Below are positions 28,353 through 41,114 of a stretch of 64,000 nt of DNA, in pieces. The notes under the pieces were generated by a model, which worked only from the letters and a program-made list of their open reading frames with translations, did no database searches and had not been told where the DNA came from. The DNA is taken from contig OX597819.1 in NCBI GenBank assembly GCA_951406725.2, positions 117,800,001 through 117,864,000 of the forward strand. The letters are read 5' to 3'. The stretch's first letter is position 1, and every line of letters starts with the position of its first letter. The position numbers and the translations under genes are program-made. Source of the DNA: Octopus vulgaris (taxonomy: Eukaryota).

Positions 28353-28400
28353 AAAATCTGTTACTCTGAGTTTCTCGTTGCCGTTCATCAGACAGTTTTT
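28353..28400 (-). ncRNA. Minimal type-I hammerhead with canonical core
   Basis: AAAAaCUGU CUGAUGA aCG-GCAA-CGa GAAA CUCAGAG UA ACAGaUUUU. Confidence 0.7.
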
Positions 28401-29524
28401 GCTAGAATGGAACCGATATATCAATTCAATCAAGACTCTTACAAACGCTACACCTTTAAAAAAAATGGACTTGTTTGATTGGCCCTTTAGAAATAACGGT
28501 CAATCTTCGAGCGATAAACAAAAAATGAGCTCAAAAATATATGTATATATATATATAAAAAAATTATAAAAATTATAAAAATTATAAAATTCGAGGAAAA
28601 CAACTTACATTGAATAAAATACATATTGACGTTAATGAAGAAAATATTATTAATGCATAGAAATTAAAACCTATTATAAATATTACACTGCAATACATAT
28701 GCATATTAAAGTGTACATATATATATCAACATACACAGAAGGATGCGTGCAAACGCCATACATATACAGACGTATAAATATTAATCTAAAATATACACAC
28801 AAATGCATGCATACATATATGTACGCAGTCTATCTCGCACGCAAGTTAAAATCATCGATGTAGCGTTTCTCATTTACTGAGTAAAGCTTAAGTAAGGGGA
28901 ACGTAAAGTTGTATCAGTATCAGTTAGATAAAAAGACGAAAGAAAGGAAGAGAGAGAAAAAGGAACGAAGAAGGGGGAAGGAAAAAAGAAAAAGGAGGGG
29001 GTGGGGAAAAAAACGAAATAAGAAAAATTATGTAACAAGCTGTGTAACCGCGTTATTGACATATATTGAGACAGGTATACAAATACACAAGTTCGAATGG
29101 ATACATACACATGGTGTATGTGTGTGCTTAAGCACAAACATACGCTCACTTACACATACACAGATACGCATGCTTAGAAATACATATCCATGGCTATACA
29201 CATATTTATATAAAAATTCTAATTTTTGACAACATTGCTTTTTAAAAAAAGGTGAGTGCAATAATGAAAAATATACGAAAGACATATAAAATATAACACC
29301 CTATTTTGGATCATCTATAAATTAAAAATCAAGGTAATTCTATACAATACAACAACATGAAATAAACAAAGCCGAAGGTTTTTCCTAATGTATATGTAGG
29401 AATATAAGACTTTGCTATACGGAATGAAATCTGCATAGCACGAAACAAATCCATCGTCGCGTTTACATACTAGTTCAAGTGTCAAAATCAAAATTTCAAA
29501 AATCAAAAATACAAAATATATACT

Positions 29525-30110
29525 CTATCCATATGGTATATTTATATTTGACATTTTAAATTTGGTTGCGTGTCTACATAAATTCATTAGCTCATTTCTT
29601 TGATACAAAGAATTATTGTCTTTGAATAAAATGTACAGTTTTTCTAATAGGCAAAGTTTACATTTAAAATTATCTGTGTGTGCTCCATACCTGTATGGTG
29701 CCGCTCTGTCCAGGATACTCCATGTCACGTTGAAAGGTGGGGTTTCCTTTTCTTTTAGTTCCCAGACATATTTTGCTAGGCTGGTCCTCTTCTTATTCTC
29801 TTGGTATTTAAATGAATTTTTATGTGAATAAAATCCTGTTTTAAATGAATTTTCTGAAGCCCCTGTGTATGTTTTGTATTCCGATGAGCCTTCTATTTGC
29901 CCCTTGGCTCTATAAACTACTCTTTTCACTAGACATTTCCCTTCTAACGGACAGGAGTTTTCGTTTTTGAAATTGCATTTCTTAATGGGCTCGGCACCAT
30001 GTCTAATCTCAATCAGATTCCTATTATGCTGGCTAATGTAAGAGGCGAAATTTCTGCAACATTATATATATATATAATGGATTCTGTTATTAAAGATCTT
30101 ACAGTAAACT
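29525..30110 (-). pseudogene. Penelope-like element (Neptune-type) C-terminal GIY-YIG endonuclease remnant
   Basis: The open frame extends 5' of the 134-aa ORF: CRNFASYISQHNRNL...KKCNFKNENSCPLEGKCLVKRVVYRA...TYTGASENSFKTGFYSHKNSF...WSILDRAAPY...CKLCLLEKLYIL...RNELMNLCRH. It has VVY/YTG (GIY-YIG equivalents) and a Cys-rich linker, and a short TA run interrupts it at about 30063. Confidence 0.85.
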
Positions 30111-30840
30111 TAATATAAGTAGAAAGATATATACTCACAAATATTTTAATATTAAAGTTAATGAGAAATAATTCATATGAACAGAGTCAATTTATCACGA
30201 TCGAATTATTCATTTGTAATTTTACGATACAACATTCTACATAGCTAAGTATAGGATCGTAGCTATAGAACTCAAAGTACAAATATATTGTCATAATATC
30301 GTACGTTAACGTATTTGCCTGATGGATGAGTAGAGTCAAATCTAAATTTCAATTCCGGTTTCATTTATTCTGTTACAAAGAGTCTTTGCTATAAATATCT
30401 TTACTAAAATAACACTACAATCATAAAAAAAATATAAAAAATTAATAATCTCAACGTCACCTTGCTCGGTGTGTATAATAAAGCTTCTATTGAAATAACA
30501 TTTAGGACAGCGAGAACTATCACAGATTGGGAGAGGTACGATAGCACTTATTAAATGCAAATATTGGGAAATACCGTCAAAATAAATAGAAGTATATTTG
30601 TATATATATATATATATATATCGTGGCGTGTATGTTTCTCTATCCTTCTATCTATCAAGGTATCTATATTTCTCTTTCACTCTATTTAACTCTCTGTTTT
30701 TATCTCTCCACGCATACATAGACACACAAACAGACTTACCCACTTATAAGTCCACACACACAAACATATCTATAAATCGTAGTCTATTTTACTGTTTCCA
30801 GAATTACATACACACACTTGCAAACACATAAATGCATTCA

Positions 30841-30922
<82 letters not shown>

Positions 30923-30989
30923 CATATATATGTGGGTGAGTGTGTGCGTTGTATGTGTCTGTGTGTTTGTGTGCATATAATATATGCAT

Positions 30990-31023
<34 letters not shown>

Positions 31024-31452
31024 CGATAGATAACAGACGGGAAATTAAAGATAGCTAGTGAGGAAAAGAGAATAAGAAAGAAAGGGTGAATTAGATATAT
31101 AGGCGGAGAGATTGAAATATACATAGATTGATAAATCGAAATAATATTAGGTATATTAAAGAAACAGATATATCAAGTACAAGAATAGAAAATTGTCTGA
31201 AATGCATGGACGAACAATCCCGACTTTTTGCTATGTGCGAATGATTTTCTCTTTTCCACATGAGAAAATTTGTTTTATTGGATAAAACATAATGTAGAAC
31301 TGCTATTGTTTACAGATAAATTGATATATGGATCTGCTACTTTTTTTCATATCGCGCATGCGTACATTATAAGCATATATACAAACGGATATTTATTAAA
31401 TATATATTTACAAACGTACGTATATATGTAGATATATATACACACACACACA

Positions 31453-31502
<50 letters not shown>

Positions 31503-31521
31503 AGTGTGTGTTATATATGTG

Positions 31522-31594
<73 letters not shown>

Positions 31595-31698
31595 ATATGT
31601 ATATATATATGCACAGATTCATATATCTACGCATGCACATTTACATGCACATATTTATAGTTATGTCTATCTAAGTATGTATCTATTTTACATGCTTG

Positions 31699-31755
<57 letters not shown>

Positions 31756-32698
31756 GGACAGAGTGAGACAGACAGAGAGGGAATGTGGGTGTCAGATACA
31801 TATTTATACACTGATATCACCTATATTTGTTTCTGCATCCATCTCTATATGTAATCATGCATGAATGTGCGTGTATATATGTACTGTCCGGAAAATACGA
31901 TGTTACCGCTGCGAAGTGTCTAGGAATTAAGGCTAAGATTGCAAATTATGTTTACGTGAGAATAATGTTTGCGTTTGCGGGACTTTGTACTCCAACTAGA
32001 TTTTCTTTCTTTACTTTTTTTTTTCTGCAACACAATTCCTTCAGTTTCTCTCTGCGATATAGGTTATTACGTTTCGTCTCAAAATATAAATAATTGAATT
32101 TTTTTCTTTTTACCTTTCACCGTACACACTCTCACAGACTCAAATTCCATCGCTAAAGATAAACTTTGTGTGCATCCATAAACTCATTCTCAATTCGATC
32201 AATAAGTCGAAACCTTATTGCAACAACTGATGCTAAACCATTGTTTTCCAAGTTCAATCTCTTGATTTCAAAAATATTATTCCTAATATAAAAAAAAGGT
32301 TGTATATATATATATAATCTAAAACTCGGGAGGTGGCATGGAACCAAGAATATTGTAATACAGTAAATAAGAATTTATGAAACGCCAACTCCATTCTTTT
32401 AAGCAGGTAAATCTGAAGAAATTTCGAAGCTAAATTATAAGACTTCCTGGTTTGTTTTGGTAGAAAATCTATGAAAAGTTTAGAACCTCTGTTTTATCAA
32501 CCTTATATGAATTAGGCGAAGCCAATTGTTGGAACTTATTTCAAAGTGGCATTTCGTTTTTGAAATCAGATTTTGAAATGACGCTCATGTTTGGAAGCTC
32601 TTCAACTGCATTTATAAACCTATACAGTACAGATAAATGGATGTATATTCATGTATTACAGTCGCTGTGTGTATCTATGTTTTAGTATTCTTATGTGT

Positions 32699-33190
32699 AT
32701 AAACGAAGATATTTTGTGAGTTATTGAGTGAGATTGTATGCATGTCTACATGTTTTTAACGTTCACGTTTTTGCGTAAATATGTATATATATGTCTGTAT
32801 GTTTTTGATATAATTTTCTGAAGCAAATTTGTATCCAATATTATTTGCCATAGACACATTCATACGTCTCGACACACCAACATTTATTATTTGACAAATT
32901 ATATAATTTTTTTTTTTCTCCCATTTTATTTTCTTCAAACAATTTATATTAAAGCCATAAACTTTTCCTCTAGTTTTCGATCAAATTTCAAATGTGGGTA
33001 AACGACTTTTGGTTGAGAATGCTAAAATTATTAACCTATATTTAACTATTATAATTTGGTTTCATTTTGACGTTTACAATGTATCTTTTCATCTCATTAT
33101 ACATCTAATGATAAACGAAGATATTTTGAGTGAGATTGTATGAATGTTTACATGTTTTCAACGTTCCCGTTTTTGCGTAAATATATATAT
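32699..33190 (+). repeat. Local ~85-bp direct repeat (32699-32790 and 33111-33190)
   Basis: ataaacgaagatattttg...gagtgagattgtatg.atgt.tacatgtttt.aacgttc.cgtttttgcgtaaatat occurs twice. Confidence 0.85.
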
Positions 33191-33267
33191 ATATGTGTGT
33201 GTGTATGTGTGTGTTTGTATGTAAGTGTTATGAACATATACATACATACATATACATACACACACAC

Positions 33268-33299
<32 letters not shown>

Positions 33300-33369
33300 G
33301 TGTGTGTGTATATGTATATATATATATATATATAAATATATGCGTGTGTGTATACATGTACATGTGTGA

Positions 33370-33407
<38 letters not shown>

Positions 33408-34157
33408 ATTATGTACGTGAGAATGTGAAGCAAAAGAATAAGACCAAGTATGCGTACAATAATGCGGTTAAATGTGAAACCGCACAAAACCAACCGTAGA
33501 AAATCACAGAATACTAATCAAGAAGAGACTATCTAAATCATTTGAAGATGAAAGGAGAGAGGATGATTGCGGAAATTTCATATTTGGAAATTCTAATACC
33601 GGCGAAAATGAACAGGGCATATGGAATGTAGAAAAGATTAGACAATCAATGTCCAAATATCTGTCTATCGACGAATCAGTGTTTGCAGCAGCTGAATATG
33701 AAACCGGAGGATAAACTTATATCAGCAAAATTGTATCGCAAACATTGTCATCGCTAGCGTTATATAAGCAAATGTAAACATATCAAGTGAAATGTTTCCT
33801 GTTACAGGCATAATACTTATAAAAAGGTATTGTCTGTTTTCCATCACATGAAGTGATATACAGGCGTCAGACCCAAACAAGCAGTACAGAAGTGTGATGT
33901 ACAGAAAATATTGAAGTAAACATATCTCTGAAAGCGAAATAAATTGACAAAAACTAAAATGGAGAAATACCAAGAGAAATAGAAAAACGTATTACCAAAA
34001 GAAGACACGAAATGAAAGAACGCCTGAAACGCCTGAACATCGCTGAATCGGAAATCTTTTAACGATGTGAAGGGAGAGCGATTCTTTCATCGAATTCATT
34101 TCCGACCTAAATAGACTTCATTAATAGCAAGCTAAAAATAAATTAGAAATATATGGA

Positions 34158-34397
34158 CACTTAGCGGTTCGGCAAAAAGAGACCGATAGAATAAGTACTG
34201 GGCTTACAAAGAATAAGTCGCGGGGTCGATTTGCTCGACTAAAGGCGGTGCTCCAGCATGGCCGCAGTCAAATGACTGAAACAAGTAAAAGAATAAAAAG
34301 AATAAAAGAATAAGCTCCATGGACAAGCTCCATGAAGGCGGTGCTCCAGCATGGCCGCAGTCAAATGACTGAAACAAGTAAAAGAGTAAAAAGAGTA
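34158..34397 (+). mobile_element. Two tandem 3' fragments of SINE family A
   Basis: 34158-34312 and 34335-34397 both end ggcggtgctccagcatggccgcagtcaaatgactgaaacaagtaaaaga; aagctccatg is duplicated between them. Confidence 0.88.
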
Positions 34398-35601
34398 AGC
34401 AACAGTAACAGGGTTGGCACAATGGGCTCTGGGCAATTACAAAGAGACTGTCTAAAATAACCAACACAGAACCTAAAGTCTCGTGAGAAGCATTAATTCA
34501 GTAACAATTAGAAGAATTTGCCAGACCGAAGAAACAAATAAGCATCTGAAAGGCACCAGTAAATTAGGAGACTCCAAATGTCTGATAAAAATATTTTACG
34601 ATGAACTTATAATGAGCTACTCTCATATCAATGTGATGCTGAAAATGTCAGAAACCAGAACTGGGTATAAGAATAAGAATATAAACCCCTTCATACCGAA
34701 GACCAAGAGAAAGGCAAGATTTATACTCTGCCTCTGCACAGCCTACGGTGAGCGCTTTAATTGCAGTATATCGCAGATGCAACGTAAAAATCAGTAGATC
34801 ATATAGTACAGTAACATACTTTGGACGTGTTATTCTATATTATATACTGTTCTGTATAATATTATTTAATATAATCTTTAGTAATGTATATCTTATTCTA
34901 TATTATTCTAATATATCGCAATGTGAATACTCTTCTTCCACTGAGAAAATTAAGCAAATATTTTAGAAGATAACACGAGCATTAAATAATTCATTAAGAC
35001 TACTGTAATCTTTAGTTTTATTGAAAACAACAAAATTAAACTGAACCATTTAAGCAAAAACTTTGTGTATTGTATACAGCGAAGTACCTTCATATTTTGG
35101 ATGTAAAATATTATTACGAAATATCTTTGTGGAACCTCCACCCATTTTACTAAATGTGTAACTTATCATCTAACGCTCTCAAATCCAAGGTTTTTCAAAG
35201 TAATCACTTGATTTGATTTTAATGGTTTCAATGCATTTTGCCTTCATTAGAAAGAATAAATATACACTCTCACCATAAAACATATTTGATAACAAGAACA
35301 GAGATTTTGGCAAATTTGCAAGGGTAAAATAACAGAGCACTTATCAAAGATTTAACGTTTGAAAGAGCTGTGTGCACCACCAACACCAAACGTTCAAGAT
35401 TATTACACTACAGCACTGCAAATCATAAATTTTCTCCTTTGATCTACTACGTGTTCAGTCAATTAAATCAATAGATTTAAAGCACATCAAAGAAAGCTAA
35501 TTGAGATATATTTAAGTATCAGGTATAAAAAAAAAGAACACGTAAATCCCTTAGATTCATGTAAATATAATTAGTATGATACACTGAAGTACGTGAATTA
35601 G

Positions 35602-35662
<61 letters not shown>

Positions 35663-35667
35663 GTGTG

Positions 35668-35701
<34 letters not shown>

Positions 35702-36146
35702 TATATACATATATATACGTATGTATATATATGTGTGCGTGTTCGAGCGTGTGTTTGTACATATATCTATATACATATGTGTATATGTATATTTATATAT
35801 GTATATTTATATATGTATATATATATAAATATATGTATGCATGATACGCTACATATATGTACGTATACATATATATATATATATATATATATAACACATT
35901 ATTGGTGACTCGCCCCTTATAAAACATCCAATATTCCTTAAATAGTCAGAACTTTATTCTCGGTCACTAAGAACATCTATACACCCTCACCCACTTGATT
36001 GACCGATGCCTGACCTGTAGAATTCTTCAGCCACCGGTTCTCAGCATACACTGATAAACAGTTTCGCCATGGGCTCTTAGGAGCATAGTTCGATTTGGTT
36101 TTTGCTCCGCCTCTGTTCTGTTTTTGTTTCTCTAACGGATTTCCTT

Positions 36147-36236
36147 TTTTCTTCCTGAAGAGAAAGACACAATATGGTCCCATTATTCAATCGGATTTTG
36201 GTAATTTGTGCCTTTCGAAACACGTGTAGAATGAAA
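36147..36236 (+). ncRNA. Type-I hammerhead with canonical core and long stem II
   Basis: UUUUcUUC CUGAAGA GAAAG-aCACAA...UUGUGc-CUUUC GAAA CACGUG UA GAAuGAAA, in a ~460-bp cassette (35978-36440) ending at (TA)n. Confidence 0.75.
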
Positions 36237-36435
36237 TAAAACGATTTCTGTTCAATCTGCGTTCAGCTCCATTTCTTCAATTCACCAATAATGTTTTAAT
36301 TTCAATTATCCGCACCAACGCACGGTTGCAACGCCAGATGGTTGTACCTCCAACCGTGCTGTTTACTGCTGTGATTTTTGCTACTAAGGTATCGGTTAAC
36401 TTTTGATTAATCTACAACAAGATTATTCATCTTTC

Positions 36436-36498
<63 letters not shown>

Positions 36499-36502
36499 AT
36501 TT

Positions 36503-36565
<63 letters not shown>

Positions 36566-36955
36566 GTATATATATATGTACATATATATATGTATATATG
36601 TATATATGAAATAAATCTGAATAATGACACATGCACACATACATACCTTCATACATACAAACACATACACACGCACACTCACACATTAACATAGCGTGTG
36701 TAGGTATGTATCTATGTATAGGCATATATATACACACACACACACACTCGCCCACATATATAAGATAAAAATATATAGGAAAAATATATATATAATATAT
36801 ATGCATATACATAACATTAATCAAAGGACATACTAAGTATGTCTGCCTGCTGGAAATACATTAAAATTGCCAAAATTACACTGACGATAACTACAGAAGT
36901 CAACCGAAGCAGAGTATGTTAATAAAATATTCTAACGTGCATAGCTTAAGGACTC

Positions 36956-37012
36956 ACATGGACCGGTTTCTGTATGAGCAAAATTAAAGTCACCTTAACG
37001 TCATCAGCACGT
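36956..37012 (-). ncRNA. Minimal type-I hammerhead, canonical core, GUC site
   Basis: ACGUG CUGAUGA [cg UUAAGG-uga-CUUUAA uuuugcucauaca] GAAA CCGG UC CAUGU. Confidence 0.65.
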
Positions 37013-37428
37013 TTTACCCCTGAGCAGAGACCCCAAACTACACGTATCGAAATCCGCTGCAGCAGATTCGTTTTGCGCCGAAATTAAATTACAGCTTTCA
37101 ATGAAAGAAATTCTCTCTATAAAAGAAAAAAAATATAATTCTCGAAAATTAATTTGATAAGATATTATTAATTTTGTTATCATCTGGAATTACTATTTTA
37201 ATAAATGATAATAAAAGAACTAATAATATAAGCGACCGCAGGCCCAAGAAAATTATTAAATAGTAGAATGACAAATATTAAAATTAATTTTAAACGACAT
37301 ACTAAGTATGTCTGCCTGCTGGAAATAGCAGTCAAAATTGCTATAGCCTCGCTACGAACAATTCCTTGTAGATCGATTCGGCAGATGGAAAGTGAAAGAA
37401 GCCCGAAGTATATATATATATATATATA

Positions 37429-37890
37429 TCTTATTATAAAAGGCAGATTTTATCTGCTTCCCTTTGGGAGTTATAGAAATCTACAATATAGGATTTCTTC
37501 AATTACAATTTACCTAGCATTTTTAAGAGTACAATGCATCGCGTCATGCCGGGTCAAGTTTTTAAAATTTAAACTCCAATTAAGCAAAATTTACAGAAAA
37601 CTCACATTCTGGTGTGTGTGTCAAATGCTTTTCTTAGTCTGGTTTACACCACACGAAAACGCACACACACAGTGGGCAACGAATAAAATGAAAGTAAATA
37701 GCGACAGAGTGATTTGAGGAAGGCTAAACTGAAAGTATTCTGTCTATGACGCTGATAGATACATGAGTAAAATGTATGGGAAGCTAAGAGCTAAGAGTGA
37801 GTGAAAATGTTCTTGGAAGAGAGTAAATAGCGAGAGAGAGAGTGATTTGAGGAAAACTTTACATTAAATAACCATAGTGGCTTGTGTTAG
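37429..37890 (+). mobile_element. Possible non-autonomous Helitron-like element
   Basis: Starts A|TCttattataaaagg and ends ...gtgTTAG|T, with an internal repeat of gtaaatagcga..gagtgatttgaggaa. The 3' hairpin is unclear. Confidence 0.45.
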
Positions 37891-38279
37891 TAATAAAGTA
37901 AACATACACTCATACATACATACATACATACATACATACATACATACATACATACACACACATACACACACATACATACATACACACACACATACATACA
38001 TACACACATACATACATACATACATATACATACATACATACATATACATACATACACACACACACACATACACACACACAGTATTGAAGCTTGAGAACAA
38101 TCAGATACATTTGCAACACATCTGTTGAAAATATTATTGTTCAATCACATACATATACATATATACATACAGACAGACAGACAGATAGACACACACACAC
38201 ACACACACACACACATGATCCAGCATGACCACAACCTCAAGGCTGAAACATATAAAAGAATAACAGAATATAAATGTGT

Positions 38280-38630
38280 GCAAAGTACAAGAAATATTAA
38301 TGCAGTATATGGGGATTGGACAATAAGCGTAAGGCAGTGTCAATGGTGGTTCCAGAAATCCCGAGCCATAAACTACAGCCTAGAAGACGAGCCTCATCCT
38401 GAAAGATCTGTAGAACTCGACAAGGACATCCTGAAAACCCTGGTGGAACAAAATATCATCGTAACTGTTGAGGAACTAGCAGAGAAGCTTGGATTTGGTC
38501 ATTCAACCATTCATTGACACCTGTGTGCTATCGGAAAAGTCAGCAAATTGGGTCAATGGGTTCCTCACGAACTTTCCGAGTCTAATTGCATGCAGAGAGT
38601 GAATGTATGCTTTTCTTTGCTGTCACATCT
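38280..38630 (+). pseudogene. mariner transposase N-terminal fragment
   Basis: STRNINAVYGDWTISVRQCQWWFQK...LEDEPH..RS...TVEELAEKLGFGHSTIH*HLCAIGKVSKLGQWVPHEL (HTH region plus WVPHEL motif, with an in-frame stop). Confidence 0.9.
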
Positions 38631-38652
38631 CACCACTACTGCGCTATGTATA

Positions 38653-39276
38653 TCTATATATATAAAACTGTAGTTGTGTGAGTGTCTGTCCCCTTCGATT
38701 TAGATTCCTAACTACTCCCACATTTTGCGGTGCAGTTTAACCAAATTCGGGTAGCTTATAGTCGTGATTCATATCGAGCCCGTCTGAATATTAGCGCGCG
38801 TCTACGATTTTAAAAATAATTTAACATCATTTTTTATTCCATTTTAATGCATAATTTTTCGTGTGTCGATGGCGGCGGAGTTGGCGTCCACGCTCACACC
38901 TGCACCTGTGGGGAAGGGAGTGTAAGGAAATCAACGTCGTAATGCGTTGTCAAGGAGACCAGTGTTCTTTTAGAACAACGACTTCATGGCTTGAAGACAC
39001 CAAAACAGATATGGCTAAGAAAGCGTCTACATGAGTCTACGATTTTTAAAAAAATTACCATCGTTTTTTTTCCATTTTAATGCATTTTTCGCTATTATAT
39101 AAGGGAAGTAACTCTCTAAAAATGTCTACGATGAGTCAACGATTTAAAAAAAAAATTACCATCATATGTTTTCCATTTTTAATGCATTTTTTGCTATTTT
39201 TTGGCTACAACTCTCTAAAAATGCTTATATAGTTATTTCCCTTACAAACCCGAGCAACGCCAGGCGATACTGCTAG
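38653..39276 (+). mobile_element. Non-autonomous Helitron
   Basis: A|TCtatatatataaaactg 5' end, subterminal cccgagcaacgccaggc hairpin, CTAG|T 3' end, no TSD, internal ~75-bp subrepeats. A second copy lies at 45011. Confidence 0.85.
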
Positions 39277-39732
39277 TATATATATACAAAATTCGAGGGT
39301 TTTGTTCACAGGTGATCTAAACGACGAGGTGCACCAGGTAAGTACAGTAACGGATTACTAGGACCTCAAGGTTATAGCTGAGACGGCTGTTATGGAGCCA
39401 TTGTAAATTTCCGATACAGCAGATATACAATTTTTAAAGATACATACACAAATTCATGCATACTTACACACTCATTCTCATATAATTACTTCCTAACCAC
39501 ATTTTTTCCATTAATAAACTTGACTTGAGTATATGACTTGAGATGTTTGCTTGCCTTGAGGTTTCTTGTCTCCTTTAGCAAATATATATATATATATATA
39601 TATAAGTAGACAAATGAATTATCTTATTACGGATAATTCGAAAGATAACCGATACCTGGGTAGCAAACTCACAACAGAAAAAGCCCGGTTGAAGTTACGA
39701 CCATAGGGCCTTAGTGTGGAAATTTGAAGTTT

Positions 39733-39978
39733 TATATATTAAGTATAGGATAGAATGGAGCTGAACGAAGATTTAACAAAATTCCTTTATTTTATTTTCG
39801 ACATTTTATTTTTATTTCGAAGTCTGCAAAGTCCCTAATTCCGAGTGAATAAGAGAAAGCTGCATAATGGACTCCTTATTCACTCGGAATTAGGGACTTT
39901 GCACACTTCGAAACGTATGTCGAAAATAAAATAAAGGAATTTTGTTAAATCTTCGTTCAGCTCCATTCTTTCCTATAC

Positions 39979-39988
<10 letters not shown>
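39733..39988. repeat. Near-perfect ~115-bp-arm inverted repeat of a PLE-type pseudo-LTR
   Basis: Arms 39733-39853 and 39875-39988 with a 21-nt spacer. The spacer plus right arm is homologous to 36161-36275. Confidence 0.9.
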
Positions 39989-40036
<48 letters not shown>

Positions 40037-40294
40037 ATATTTAATGTGCGTAGCTTGACTCAATATAAAACGAATAACCGAGATTTAGTGGTCAATAAGT
40101 ACAACTATACGAGATATTAGTACAATACTGCTATAAATAAGAGCTAAACTACTTATCGCTGCGTACAAACCCACTTCTATATCTGACAGGTTAGATAATC
40201 GCCCTACGCGGAAAGCAAACATAGAACACTAGATCTAGAATTTCATCCTAATGGGAGTTGTCAAAGGATTGCCTATATCGTTTCCATGTATATT

Positions 40295-40451
40295 CTTGCT
40301 CCTTTGAATTACAGCTACAATTCATTTTTGCCAGCTGAGTGGACTACAGCAAGGTAAAGTTCAATACCTTGCTCAAGAATACAGCGCATCACCTGGAATC
40401 GTACTCTTGAATTAACGATCGTGGTCCAAATTCCCCTAACCACTGAGCCGT
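40295..40451 (-). mobile_element. Partial CORE-like SINE
   Basis: Minus strand: ggctcagtggttagggg...ttcttgagcaagg...gtccactcagctggcaaaaatgaattgtagctgtaattcaaagg. Confidence 0.65.
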
Positions 40452-41083
40452 AGACAAAAGGAGTGAAGCGATTGAAATAGAGAATGGAAAGCCTCAGACA
40501 TTTATAATGACAATTAGACTCAAATACGATCGATGTTTTCTAGCTTCTTTACTTTTAACGATGAAGAAGAGGGAAAGGCATTTAGCAATGAATAGAGCGA
40601 ATGTCTTTCAGGTTTCACCATTTTTATTCTGGGAGTACTAGAATGATCAACTGTTAGCTTTCTCTTCTTTCATCCACCCCGGTACTTATTCACCTTCTTT
40701 TATAGTTCACAGTGTCCTTCATTTTTGGGTAAAGACCATGTTTTTTTTTCAGGCACGTTTAAGGTTTCCTATACAAAATACAAACAAGCGAACCACCTCC
40801 CATTTTTTCTCATACAAAACTAACGTAAGGTTGAACGGGGTATATCTGTGAAAAGAGCCGAGAGAAATTGATAATACCCCCTACAAAATGGGTGAGGGAG
40901 AAATGTTGCCAACAGTTGGCTGCACAAAATTCAACTCTATACAATTTTTAGTATAACCTCGGGCAGACCAAAGCCTCGTGAGTGGATTTCAGAGAGGGAA
41001 ACTGAGAGAAGCCCGTCATATCTATATCTATACACACACACACACACACACACGTACACACACACACGTACACACACACACAT

Positions 41084-41114
<31 letters not shown>

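Noticed and set aside
33510-33715. ~65-codon stop-free stretch (FEDERREDDCG...)
   Set aside because: No recognisable domain or splice sites; possibly decayed transposon sequence.
36045-36092. Minus-strand CCUAAGA GCC-CAU-GGC GAAA CUG
   Set aside because: G5 is missing and there is no stem I.
36958-37116. Apparent minus-strand exon (tttatag...gtgagt), paralleled at 18048-18207
   Set aside because: All frames contain stops and no peptide is conserved between the copies; the shared sequence is better explained by a hammerhead-bearing repeat.
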